From NCBI GenBank assembly GCA_036918135.1, contig JBALDB010000056.1, positions 434,080 to 498,079 of the forward strand: a stretch of 64,000 nucleotides of DNA, given 5' to 3'. Positions 30,758 through 42,085 of this stretch are shown piece after piece (within the stretch, counting starts at the first letter, position 1; every line of letters begins with the position of its first letter). The notes below the pieces were generated by a model. That model searched no databases, was not told the origin of the DNA, and saw nothing but the letters and a program-made list of their open reading frames with translations. The position numbers were made by a program, and so were the translations under genes. Source of the stretch: Nostoc sp. (GTDB lineage Bacteria; Cyanobacteriota; Cyanobacteriia; Cyanobacteriales; Nostocaceae).

Positions 30758-32773
30758 ATGCCTGCGCCCACTATCAACCCTACTATTACTGCCTTTCCCT
30801 TGACTGCTGTAGTCGGTCAAGAAGCGATTAAATTAGCCTTGCTGTTAGCAGCCGTCGATCCTGGGTTGGGGGGAGTGGCGATCGCAGGTCGTCGTGGTAC
30901 GGCAAAATCTGTAATGGCTCGTGCTATCCACGCGCTAGTACCACCCATTGAAGTTGTTAAAGGTTCTATCAGTAATTGCGACCCCAATCATCCAGAGGAA
31001 TGGGACGATAGACTTTTGACAGAGTATACAGGAGACATTCAAGATGTCCCCACCGAAATAATTGCTGCGCCATTTATCCAAATTCCTTTGGGCGTAACAG
31101 AAGACCGACTTCTCGGCTCTGTGGATGTGGAACAGTCAGTAAAGCAAGGTGATACAATCTTTCAGCCCGGTTTACTTGCTAGTGCCAATCGCGGCGTCCT
31201 GTATGTAGATGAAATCAATTTATTAGATGACCAAATATCAAATCAGCTACTAACAGTATTATCTGAGGGACGCAACCAAATTGAGCGGGAGGGAATTAGT
31301 TTTCAGCATCCTTGCAAGCCGCTGTTTATTGCTACCTACAATCCAGAAGAAGGAGCATTAAGGGAACATTTACTAGATAGAATTGCGATCGCTCTTTCTG
31401 CTGACGGTGTACTTGGCTTAGATCAAAGAGTAGCAGCAGTAGAGGTGGCGATCGCCTACTCTCAATCTCCCCAACAGTTTCTTGAGCAGTATAGCGAAGA
31501 CTTAGACGCCCTAAAAACCCAAATTATCTTGGCGCGAGAATGGCTCAAGGATGTCTGCATTACCCAGGAACAAATCGCTTATCTGGTAAATGAAGCAATT
31601 CGCGGCAAAGTTCAAGGACATCGCGCCGAGTTATTTGCTGTGCGAGTTGCCAAGGCGGCTGCGGCTTTGGAAGGACGTACAACAGTCAATGCCGAAGATT
31701 TGCGCCGTGCTGTGGAACTGGTGATTGTACCACGGGCAACAGTCGTGCAGACGCCGCCACCAGAACAACCACCGCCACCACCGCCACCACCTCAAAATCA
31801 AGAAGAACCAGAGGAATCAGAACAGGAAGAACAAGAAGAACAGCAAGAAAATCAACAGCAAGAACCCCCTAGTATCCCAGAAGAGTTCATCTTCGATGCG
31901 GAAGGGGTAATTTTGGATGACACAGTGCTTTATTTTAGTCAAATGGCGAAACGTCAGGGAAAATCTGGTAGTCGCAGTGTCATCTTTTCTGAAGACCGGG
32001 GACGTTACATTAAGCCAATGTTGCCCAGAGGGAAAACACGACGCATTGCAGTAGATGCCACCCTGAGAGCAGCTGCCCCGTATCAAAAAGCACGTAGAGG
32101 GCGACACCCAGATAGAAAAGTGATTGTCGAACAGGGTGACATTCGCTCAAAACGCTTGGTACGCAAAGCCGGAGCGTTAGTAGTGTTTGTGGTAGATGCT
32201 TCTGGCTCAATGGCCTTAAATCGGATGCAGTCAGCCAAAGGGGCAGTGATGCAACTTTTGACAGAAGCTTATCAAAACCGCGACCAAGTAGCCTTGATTC
32301 CCTTCCGAGGAGAACAGGCGGAAGTCTTATTACCGCCAACACGTTCTATAGCCTTAGCACGTAACCGCTTGGAAAGATTACCCTGTGGTGGGGGTTCACC
32401 CTTAGCACATGGTTTAACCCAAGCTGTGCGCGTCGGCTTAAATGCCCAAATGAGTGGAGATATTGGGCAAGTAGTGCTTGTAGCAATCACTGATGGGCGG
32501 GGTAATATTCCCTTAGCACGCTCTTTAGGCGAACAGTTAGAACCAGGAGAAAAGCCAGATATCAAAGGAGAATTGGTAGAAATTGCAGCGAGAATTCGGA
32601 GTTTGGGGATACAACTATTAGTAATTGATACGGAAAGTAAATTTGTTTCCACTGGTTTTGCTAAGGAATTAGCCCAAACAGCAGCAGGAAAGTATTATCA
32701 TTTACCCAAAGCCACAGATCGAGCTATTGCTGCCATGACTAAAGGTGCGATCGCCGATCTAAAATCTCGATAA
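30758..32773 (+). CDS. chlD: Magnesium chelatase subunit D
   Basis: AAA+ domain (GRRGTAKS), Pro/acidic linker and VWA domain (DASGSM, TDG). Confidence 0.96.
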   Translation: MPAPTINPTITAFPLTAVVGQEAIKLALLLAAVDPGLGGVAIAGRRGTAKSVMARAIHALVPPIEVVKGSISNCDPNHPEEWDDRLLTEYTGDIQDVPTEIIAAPFIQIPLGVTEDRLLGSVDVEQSVKQGDTIFQPGLLASANRGVLYVDEINLLDDQISNQLLTVLSEGRNQIEREGISFQHPCKPLFIATYNPEEGALREHLLDRIAIALSADGVLGLDQRVAAVEVAIAYSQSPQQFLEQYSEDLDALKTQIILAREWLKDVCITQEQIAYLVNEAIRGKVQGHRAELFAVRVAKAAAALEGRTTVNAEDLRRAVELVIVPRATVVQTPPPEQPPPPPPPPQNQEEPEESEQEEQEEQQENQQQEPPSIPEEFIFDAEGVILDDTVLYFSQMAKRQGKSGSRSVIFSEDRGRYIKPMLPRGKTRRIAVDATLRAAAPYQKARRGRHPDRKVIVEQGDIRSKRLVRKAGALVVFVVDASGSMALNRMQSAKGAVMQLLTEAYQNRDQVALIPFRGEQAEVLLPPTRSIALARNRLERLPCGGGSPLAHGLTQAVRVGLNAQMSGDIGQVVLVAITDGRGNIPLARSLGEQLEPGEKPDIKGELVEIAARIRSLGIQLLVIDTESKFVSTGFAKELAQTAAGKYYHLPKATDRAIAAMTKGAIADLKSR

Positions 32774-32833
32774 TTAGTCATTTGTTATTTGTTCAGTTGC
32801 TTTTCTATTAATTAACTGACCATTGACTAATGA

Positions 32834-33619
32834 CTACGAACCAGTGGGCATAACTTGTGGTTGTAAATAACAAATTAAATCTTGAATTCCCTTTTGCAAA
32901 TAGCGAGTTACTGTCATCGGACTAGTGCCAATATTCTTAGCAGCATCCTTGCGAGAAAGTTCCTTCAAAAATACCATTTCAACTGCCATCCGGGGCTTTT
33001 CTTCTAACATATTGATTGCCCCTTGGAGTTGTTGCCGTTCTTCGTCTAGTTGTTGTTGAGCAGTAGAACGGGGACAAGGAAGTGCTTCACCCAAAGTGAT
33101 TTGGCAATCAACATAGTTAACTGCGGTCGCATCTAAACTCAAAGGCAAACGGTTTTGAGCAGCTAACTTGGTTTCTTGCCATTCTTGCAGAGATACCCGG
33201 AGTTCTTTGGCAATTTCAGCATCTTTGGCAGGACGACCTAAAGACACTGACAATTCTTTGCGAATCTTTTGTCCTTCATTATATAGTTCCTGCCAACGAC
33301 GAGGAATCTTTAATAGAGTACTGCGATCGCGCAAAAAGTGTAGCATCTCACCGCGAATATATGGCACAGCAAAAGAACTAAAAGCATATCCTTGACTGGG
33401 GTCAAAGCGCTCTATTGCTCTAATTAAACCAAAATAACCAATTTGTTCTAAATCTTCATAAGGTTCATTACATTGATGGCTGAATTTATGAGCCATCTTC
33501 CGCACTAAGCCAGTATGTAGCTGTACAAGTTTATTACGAAGTTTAATAGATGGATTCTGGTGGTACAAGTGTAATAATTCTATACCATCAGTTCGTAGAG
33601 AGGACTCACTTGCTGCCAT
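32834..33619 (-). CDS. sigJ: Group 3 sigma factor (SigB/SigF/SigG family), SigJ-like
   Basis: EDLEQIGYFGLIRAIERFDP and FAVPYIRGEMLHFLRD; N-terminus fits SigJ rather than SigF, from memory. Confidence 0.8.
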   Translation of the reverse strand: MAASESSLRTDGIELLHLYHQNPSIKLRNKLVQLHTGLVRKMAHKFSHQCNEPYEDLEQIGYFGLIRAIERFDPSQGYAFSSFAVPYIRGEMLHFLRDRSTLLKIPRRWQELYNEGQKIRKELSVSLGRPAKDAEIAKELRVSLQEWQETKLAAQNRLPLSLDATAVNYVDCQITLGEALPCPRSTAQQQLDEERQQLQGAINMLEEKPRMAVEMVFLKELSRKDAAKNIGTSPMTVTRYLQKGIQDLICYLQPQVMPTGS

Positions 33620-34234
33620 ATAAATTCCTTTGTTGTAACTCCTATTTCTGAAAAAATGGAGCTGCGTATATCTTCTTCAAAGCTGTCATTATTTTCCTTA
33701 GCCAATGCTGAATAAGCCATCGTCGTTTCACTGAACTTATTAGGGGTCGCACTCCATAATTCAGTATTTGTACGCATGATTTTGCTACTTTCTCTCTTGC
33801 AGCTGATTTTTATTTGCCAGGTAACAAACGAATGGCGGATAATCTTTAGCTTTTGCTAAAAAACTAGCTATTTATGCTGAAAAATGCATTACTGAATCTA
33901 ATAGTCATCTGTCACAGTGAACGCAACATGGGTCGGTACTGAATTAATTGCAAAACAGACTCGGCAATTTTATCTCTTAGTACATACCGTTATTAATAAA
34001 GGTCAAAAATCCAAATTGGTAGTTAGGTTGAGGAACAAAACCCAAGCTACAAAAAATAGAATTCTGACTCATTTTTATGGTGATTTGTACTTAGTTAGGT
34101 ATTGAGGGACATTTGCATTCAATATTCAATATTGGTAAAATAGAAACTTTGGAAACTTAGTGGAAACATAGAAACAGGTTATTGACATGCAAGTTTGATG
34201 GGTGTCAGACTTCTGCTAAACAGGAGGGTGAACA

Positions 34235-37200
34235 ATGAAAATCACCAAACATCGGCAGAAAATTCTTGATGCACTTCAGAAATGGTTTAGCATCCATAAA
34301 CAAGGACCAACCCTAGAAGAGTTGTGTGAAGAACTCACAATGCAACCACGCCAGAAAGCAACAGTTCAACGTTGGTTGCAAACTATGTGCGGTATCGATG
34401 TGGAATGGGATGACCACAGTGCCCGCAGTCTTCGCCTCCTCACATCTGAGCCAGAAGCGCTCTCTCTAGATATATTTGTGACAGACACTCTACGGTATTT
34501 GGCTACTGGCGTAGTGCAGTGGGAAAAACTAGAGCTAGAAAAGCAAAGTCAAGTACCAGAAGCCTTTCGCATTGGAATGTCGCGTATGTACTTAACTTCG
34601 TTACTGCGGGGAGAACAAGCCTCAGAGAACCTACCGCAATTTTTTAATTGGGCGGAAACATCAATTACTTCTTGGAAACCAGCCCAAGAAATTAAATACC
34701 TTTCGCCAGATGTCAGCCTCATAGAAGACGGAGTAGTTTCTGACTTTGCTAGAGAATGGCAAGTTTCGGGTAATGATGTGGTGGCGCAGGTACAAGAGTC
34801 GGTATTGAAAGATGTACTAGAATACTGTCGGGGAAATCAGCTAAACGATGCCTATCGGGCTTTTCGACTACTAATCATTTCTAAACCCACTCTTCATTAC
34901 TCAGAATATCGCCAACAGCTACGTTTACCTGAACTCAAACCACTGCGGGAGTTATTGACGCAGCTAGAAATTTATATCGATATGGATAAGTTAGCCGAGA
35001 ACAGCATTTATCATTTATGTCCTCGCTGCAAGTATGTTCAACGCCAACGCCCTGATGGTACTTACACTTGCCGTAACCCTTGGTGCGAAAGGCTTTGTGC
35101 AAATAGTAACCTCCAACCATTGCCATCTATTTCCAAAGAAAAAGCAGAAGAATGGAAAGCCGTTACTCCCGGCGATGTGGAATTGGGAGTAACCTTACTT
35201 CAGGAAGTAGCACCAGAAGAACCCGCAACTTCTGTAGAAGCTTTGCTGAAAGGATATCGCTTTCCAGTTGAACAACTACAAAGCGATCGCAACTGGCAAC
35301 TTATACAAAATGCTCGTTTCTATCTGATTCAGCGCAAAGGTAAGCAGTGGTTGCGAGTGCTTCAAGAGTACATCAACTTACCTGAAATTATTAGAATCTA
35401 TAGCCTTGAAGACGCAAGGAATGTTCCTCAACTTATTCCATCCAGTATCTACCCAAGTCGTTTAGAGGAGATATATCGCCCAACTTTACTAAAAACCCCA
35501 CAGCATAGACAACGAAAAGTCAACTTAGCAACTGAGGGACGGTGGTATGCCAAGATTTCCCAAAAGGGTAACTCTCCTGTTGAAGTTCCTATTGATATTC
35601 CCAAGGAAGTTGCTAATATAGCACCCTCATCTGTGGTATCCCTTCATCGCACACGGACTCAGCAGAATCCACCGTGTAGCGTTACCCGTGAGGAATTACT
35701 ACTAGCTGCCCAAGAAATGGACGATAAATTATCTCAGTTTGGGCAACAAGAAAATTATCGTAACCGCTTGGAAAATATTCTCTTCCAGCTATACGATGCT
35801 GAATCAGATAATTTCCATCAGGGTAATCAGCTGAATTTTGAGGGACTGATCCACATTGTTGGACTTTTGAATGTGGGCAAGTCTACGCTGTTGGAGATTC
35901 TGATTTACTTCTTGGCTAAACAAGGATATCGCTGTGGGTTGATGGTGAATGATGTAGCTACAGCAGTACGTCTTGCTTCTTTGTTTTGCCACAAATTAGA
36001 AATTCCTGCTGCACCAGTGCTGGGTAGTAACCGCCAAGAACAATTGACAAAAGTCTATGAACCAATTCTCAAAAGTGAGGGTCAGGAACTTACTAAGGGA
36101 GGGATGCACCCTGCATGGCGTTGGTTTAGTCCAGTCTGCCCACTTTTAGCTTTAGTGCAATCAGAAGAGAAATGGGAATTTGGCAATGAACCGTGTCACA
36201 AGCTTTATCAAAAAGTTCCTATAGCTGAGAATGATGATTCTGATGATGAAGACTTGCAGGAAAGCGATTATAAGCAATATACTTGTCCCCTTTATTACAA
36301 ATGTCCGCGTCACCATTTAGAACATGATATTGCTACAGCCTTAGTCTGGGTTTTCACTCCTGCTAGTTTCATTCATACTCGTGTACCCCGCCAAGGGTTT
36401 GAACAAGGCTTGACCTTTGCTGAGGCGGTTTATCGAGAATGTAAATTTCTATTTGTTGACGAAGCCGATCGCGTACAGATTCAGTTTGACGAAGAGTTTG
36501 CCCCTGATGAAGTCTTAGTTGATGCTTCTGGAAACTCATTTTTAAATAGACTCGGACTGAATCTTGCCACGATTTATAATTCCGATCGCGGTGATATGGC
36601 AGGCGATCGCTTTGTTGCTTGGACAAGCGCACATTACCATACCCAAAATGCAACTAACCGTATCTATCACTTACTCCTTACCCACTCTAAACTCGTTGAG
36701 TGGTTGGGGCCTCTTCCCTTTACAGGTCGTTCTCTATTTGCGCGTATTATCCGCGATCTTGTCAATCCTCCCAACATTACTGTCTCACCAAAACCGAAGC
36801 TAACTCGCCAACAACTTATGGAAGAACGGCGTCAACGCATCATTGAAGCAGACTTGGCTCCCACAGAACAACGTCGCCGCCGCAAACAAATGATGGACGA
36901 ATTAGACGGATTTTTGCAATATCCGCTCAATCGCCGTCGTGGTGGTGAACTCTCAGATTTGGCATTGACAATCCTAATAGCGGAAAATGACCGTCAAGCA
37001 TTAACTGAAATTGCTCCTTGGTGTGAAAGATGGCTGGAAACTCACAATATTTCCCTACCAGATGAAGCTCAATTTGAAGAACTAATCCGAAATCTCCAAT
37101 TTGCGATTTTAGTTACTATACTCGACAACCGACTTGGTTTTTTGGTTGATAATCTGAGCGACCTTGGTCGAGTAATGAACTTGCACGATTTGAACCAAGA

Positions 37201-37429
37201 CCTCTTGCATCGCCCACCAAAAGACTTTCTCCCAGTTTTACCAGAATCACCAGTAGGAAATATTCTAGGCTTTTTATATAAGCAAGAACGTAGCAATAAA
37301 AATGCTGGCAAACTGGACTATTTTCGCTATGTAGGTGTAGGCCGTGCTTTACTGTTAAATTTCTCAAAACTGTTCGCAGTTGATGGCTGGGAAGGATGGT
37401 GTTCAAGCTGCGATCGCCTACACTTCTAA
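34235..37429 (+). pseudogene. Chimeric ORF of a pPIWI-RE island: wHTH, Y domain and Zn finger fused in frame to the N-terminal part of the DinG-like SF2 helicase
   Basis: LexA-like HTH start; CPRC...CRNPWC; abrupt switch at KAVTPG/DVELGVTLL (~35173). Walker A GLLNVGKST, Cys cluster and Walker B VDEAD are present. The ORF ends before motif III. Confidence 0.72.
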
Positions 37430-39185
37430 ATTAGGAGATCCACCGTGCTTAGGTGGTGTCAGTCCACAGGATTTAGCTAGTCTAGATCGAGCTATTGAAG
37501 CACGTCTTCCTGTTCAGAGAGTGGCTGAGGCTGAGAAGGTGACAGGTAATGTTTTCATTTTCTGGCCTTCAGATAAACCCAAAAAGAAAATTGTTCCTCT
37601 GCTTGCTGGCAAAGATAAGCAATCTCCCAAGCCTAAAAAAGCTAAGAAATCTGAAGACCCAAATCATTCAGCTACGCCAATGCTGCGACCAAAATTAGCA
37701 GCACCAGCAGTCTATCGTAAACTTGAAAATCCTCTTCACACCATACTGATTTTGTGGGAAACTCTTCAATGTCGCAATGCACTAATTGATGAGATTTGCA
37801 AGTTACTGTATCTATCACCTACAAACGTAGATAATATTTATGAAGGAGTATACGGTTCCCTGTGCATCAAGACTCAACACGTTGGCGACCTCACACAAAA
37901 TCTAGAAATTAAAAGTTTTTCTGAAGCAAGGAGAACTTATCAACAGCAACGTCCTGATTTATTAGCAGAACGCATTAACAAGATTACTGCATTTCTACCC
38001 CCAACAAAAGAACTAAGCGGAGCCTTAATTGAAATTAGACCTAAACCTCCCATAACTGAAGCCGATCCCAAGCTTGCTTGGCGAATTGGAGCAATAAAAG
38101 CAGGCTATCTCAATCAACATATCCACCGAATAACTACCAAAACAGACCCGAATAAGCTAAAAAAATCTGGTTTAGAACCAGTGAAACAAGCAGTATCAGA
38201 CTTACTAAGACAATTCGGAATTTTACCGGATACTCCTTTAATTAATTCCAAAAAAGATGGAATTGATATTGATGTGTGGTTAACGTGCTTTTATGTTCTA
38301 CGCCGCACCCGCAAAACAAATGCTGAAAACATTGCCAAAACTGTTGTTTTGATGATTAGAGTTAATCCACTTACAGCAAAAGTGGAGTTGACAACACCTG
38401 ATTTATTTAATAAACAAGGTTGGGTATCTTATCCTGTTGGACTTGCACATCTTTCAGATGAAGACTGGGACGCCAACTCCTACGATGAAAGTAATGAAGA
38501 ACTTGATGAGGAACAAAAGCGCAAGGAGCAAACAAAAGAACAAAGATTAATCAATAAATTCGTTGCTGAATGTTTGCAAGATTGCTTAAATACTCCAATT
38601 ACTGATAAAAAATCCCCGCGTGTGCTATTCATGGCAGAAGCACAAAATGCCCGCAAAATGCTGAACTGGTTACAAAACCAAAATCTACTAACTAATGACC
38701 CACTACAAACGCTGAAACAGCACCTTTCACAAGAAGAAATAAATCGCCTCTGGATTGTGCGCTTACGAGTTGCAGATAATGGTGAAGTGCCAGTTGCTAT
38801 TGTTAAAGATTCTCCTGGTAGTCGAACTAGTGGTGTTTATCGATGGCAAAATATATGTGATGATGGGGAGCGATCGCTTTACCTGAGCGTTAGAAAGCCT
38901 TTAAATACTGAAAAACACATATTACGCACATGGCAATCTCGTCTTGACAATGGCAGCAGGCAAGCTGGAAAAGCCAAAATCTTAGAAATCGCCTTAATTC
39001 ATCACCCACAAATCAAGAGTGACAAGCTAGCTCATTTTGTCCACTCTCTCAGAAGTCGTTGGCCTTATTTTGCAAATGACGTTGTTCTACCATTGCCTTT
39101 TCCCTTTGCAATTAAGGCTAAAGAATATGCTGTCAGTACTAAAGATCCTGTGGAATTCTCAGAGACTGACGATTCTAATTTTTAA
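37383..39185 (+). pseudogene. pPIWI-RE (Argonaute/PIWI-related) protein, apparently N-terminally truncated; MID and RNase H-like parts retained
   Basis: DPKLAWRxG...LNQHI, DLLRQFG, VLFMAEAQNAR..W, VRLR...EVP, LEIAL and LPLPFPFAxKAKEY match the family pattern; position downstream of the helicase. Confidence 0.72.
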
Positions 39186-39297
39186 CAACAATGCTGCCAT
39201 TGAGATTTTGCAACCTATTAAATCCTTGGCTGTTAACCCCAAAGATTGGTAAGAATAGGAATAAGCAGAACGTTTTCCTAAAAAACAGTTTTTCAAT

Positions 39298-40026
39298 ATG
39301 AGCAATACCAGTAATTTTCGTGAAGCTTTCCGTGAGGCTAAATCTCACGCCCTTATTGGCCCAAACGTGATTGCCAACGCCCTCCCCTACGTTGGTGGTG
39401 GATTAGTGCTAACGGCATTAGGAACTTACGGCGGTTTGGGAATTATCCGCACTAACCCCGAAATATTCTTTCCCACCTTTATTGGTGCAGTGATTCTGGA
39501 ATTAATTTTGTTCTTTGTTGCCCAAAATGTTGCCCAAAAAGGTAACAGGGGACTTGCATTACCTCTGTTGGCAACCTACAGCCTCTTGTCTGGATATACT
39601 CTTAGTGGCTTAGTATTTGTCGCTTTAAGATCCCAAGGTGTTGGCATTCAAGGCATTGGTTTAGCTGCCCTTGGTTGTGGTGTCACTTTTATTGCTGCCC
39701 GTCAAATTGGTTCAAATCTTTCTGAACAAGACGGCATGGCTTTGACGAAAACCATCAATCTTGGTGTCATTGCCTTGGTGGTTGTGTGCCTTGCTCAATT
39801 TGGTTTTGCCATGTTTAATGTTTACACGCCAAATTGGTTAGAAATTGCTATCTCCGGTTTGGGGGTGTTTCTGTTTGTTGGGGTTTCTGTTGTCGATTTC
39901 TACATCTTGCCCCGCACTTACAGCGATGACCAATATCTGCCTGCTGCTTTATCGATGTACTTAACTTACATCAACTTGTTTGTTTTTATCTTGCGGTTGC
40001 TAATTGCCATTAATGGCCGCGATTAA
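39298..40026 (+). CDS. Bax inhibitor-1/YccA family membrane protein
   Basis: About 7 TM segments; C-terminal ALSMYLTYINLFVFILRLL. Confidence 0.9.
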   Translation: MSNTSNFREAFREAKSHALIGPNVIANALPYVGGGLVLTALGTYGGLGIIRTNPEIFFPTFIGAVILELILFFVAQNVAQKGNRGLALPLLATYSLLSGYTLSGLVFVALRSQGVGIQGIGLAALGCGVTFIAARQIGSNLSEQDGMALTKTINLGVIALVVVCLAQFGFAMFNVYTPNWLEIAISGLGVFLFVGVSVVDFYILPRTYSDDQYLPAALSMYLTYINLFVFILRLLIAINGRD

Positions 40027-40065
40027 TTACCTGTAGGCACTAACAAAAGTAAAGTTTTATAAAGC

Positions 40066-40104
40066 AAAAACCGTGGTTGCTAAAAATTAAACCACGGTTT
40101 TTTT
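40066..40104. terminator. Bidirectional intrinsic terminator
   Basis: aaaaaccgtggtt...aaccacggttttttt. Confidence 0.75.
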
Positions 40105-40284
40105 ATCTGTTTACCAGTAGAATATGTAGATAATTTCAGCCTCAAGTGAGCAAAACTATGCTTGAATTCTTAAATATAAAAATTGAAGTAGAAAAGTTGT
40201 CTAACATCCTGGATCATTCAGTGGACTGTGTTTGACCTTCATTAAATGAAATGCAGTCTTTAGAAAGGTGAAAAAAACAATCTT

Positions 40285-40857
40285 ATGAATGAAATGACCA
40301 ATAAATTGATGACAATTTTACTTATGGTCAATGATTGGCTAAAATTTGCGGAAGCAAAAAATTCTATTCTTCTCGGATTTTCAGGGATAGGCATTACAGC
40401 AACAATCACTTACTTAAGTGCAGTAGCTAAAATACCAATATCTATACAAGTAGGGATTTTATTAACTGCGTTCTTATTATGTATATGTGCGCTAATTTGC
40501 TCACTCTCCTTTCTTCCAAAGACTGATCTTGAAGTCATCGTATGGAAAAAGAAGAAACCAGGGAGACGATCCAAAGGTCAACCAAGTGATAATGACAATT
40601 TTCATTTCTTTGGACATCTTTATAAATATCAGGAACATGAACTCCTAGATTCATTAAACAGGCTATACTTTGGGAATGCCATTCAAGATTTTGATAAGAA
40701 GGAACACCAAGATTTAGCCAATCAAATTACTGTTAACTCTGAAATTGCCTATTTGAAATTTAAAATGTTTTCATGGGCACTATATTTATTAATAGCATCA
40801 GTAGCTTGTATACCTATTTGTCTAATCATCACTGTGATTGTTTTTCCTTATATCTAG
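40285..40857 (+). CDS. pycTM: Pycsar-type transmembrane effector (PycTM-like)
   Basis: NDWLKFAEAKN, two TM segments, FFG-containing soluble loop, QI...S.IA..K and a third TM; adjacent to a cyclase. Confidence 0.8.
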   Translation: MNEMTNKLMTILLMVNDWLKFAEAKNSILLGFSGIGITATITYLSAVAKIPISIQVGILLTAFLLCICALICSLSFLPKTDLEVIVWKKKKPGRRSKGQPSDNDNFHFFGHLYKYQEHELLDSLNRLYFGNAIQDFDKKEHQDLANQITVNSEIAYLKFKMFSWALYLLIASVACIPICLIITVIVFPYI

Positions 40858-40919
40858 ATTCCAGACAAAAGGGGACAAGTTAAATTAATAGGAAAATTCA
40901 CTTAGTTTCGTAATCTTCA

Positions 40920-41867
40920 ATGGATATATTAGATTTTATTAATGAAATTAAAGATGAAGTAAATCTCACTGTTTCCAGTAATTTCCAAATAGAAGTTATT
41001 GAAACAGAGCGAGTTCCTTCTTTTGATGATTCCAATATTACTTATTATAATCCCTTGACAAAAAGCAAGAAATGCAAAAGACTAGAGAGCTGCGTTCTCT
41101 ATGTAGATATGAGAGACTCAACAAAAATTAGTGCAGCTAAACGCCCAGCAACACTGGCAAAAATTTATTCTACATTTGTATCGAGTATGATACAAGCAGC
41201 TCGATATTTTAACGGTCATGTACGTAATATTATCGGCGATAGAGTAATGGTTGTCTATGACAGAGAAAATTGCTTTTTGAATGCTGTTAATACAGCCATC
41301 TTGATGAACAGCATCAATCAATATATTCTTAATAAAAAGATCAAAGATTTTGACTTTCGCTGCGGAATAGGCATTGATTATGGAAATATGCTGGTTACTA
41401 AAGCCGGAACAATTCGACGCGGTGCAGAAACAGAGTTTTATCGATCACTAGTATGGCTTGGCAAACCTGCCAACATTGCTTCTAAACTGACGGATGTAGC
41501 CAATAAAACTGCATTTAAAAAGAGTGATCGACTTCAACAAGGAAACTACTATCCGCTTACTCAGAAGTGGTCGTGGGTTGATAAATCTTACGAAGAATTT
41601 ATTGATGATTTATCACCTACCTTTTCTCAAAACCTTGTCCATAAAGATGAGTATTTTAGCACATTTATTAAATCGTCTAACTTGTATTCCCAGACTCCTA
41701 GTCCCATTCTCATCACACAAGCTGTCTATGAGGGACTTAAACGCGAACACCCGAGTGAGCAAAGTATTTTCAATAATTGGTGGAACATGCAGAGCGTGAA
41801 CGTACCAAACTATAATGGCAATGTTTTTGGCGGTGATATTATTTATAAAGCTGCTAAAATACTATAA
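40920..41867 (+). CDS. pycC: Class III nucleotide cyclase, Pycsar PycC-like
   Basis: LYVDMRDST, GDRVM, GIGIDYG and VWLGKPANIASKL; stand-alone cyclase in an operon with the TM effector. Confidence 0.8.
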   Translation: MDILDFINEIKDEVNLTVSSNFQIEVIETERVPSFDDSNITYYNPLTKSKKCKRLESCVLYVDMRDSTKISAAKRPATLAKIYSTFVSSMIQAARYFNGHVRNIIGDRVMVVYDRENCFLNAVNTAILMNSINQYILNKKIKDFDFRCGIGIDYGNMLVTKAGTIRRGAETEFYRSLVWLGKPANIASKLTDVANKTAFKKSDRLQQGNYYPLTQKWSWVDKSYEEFIDDLSPTFSQNLVHKDEYFSTFIKSSNLYSQTPSPILITQAVYEGLKREHPSEQSIFNNWWNMQSVNVPNYNGNVFGGDIIYKAAKIL

Positions 41868-42085
41868 CCGTAAAATTGATTTGTTTATCAAAGCTTATCT
41901 GCAACAGCTAAATCACACTACTTCAGTGGGCACAAAAGCGCTTGATAATTTAAAGTAACTTTTGTATCTTAATAGTAAGTAGTGCAGAAAAATTTGCCCA
42001 ACTACAGCTAAAATTAAAAAACATTAAGTAGAATAAAGAGCAATTTTCCAAACCAAAGCGCTTTATCTATCATTCAGCAAGCACT

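Noticed and set aside
31750..31870. Poly-Pro and Glu/Gln low-complexity repeat
   Set aside because: Normal ChlD linker.
10872..39185. Array RNAs acting as guides for the PIWI-RE protein
   Set aside because: They are more than 20 kb apart, share no sequence link, and the PIWI-RE island appears broken.
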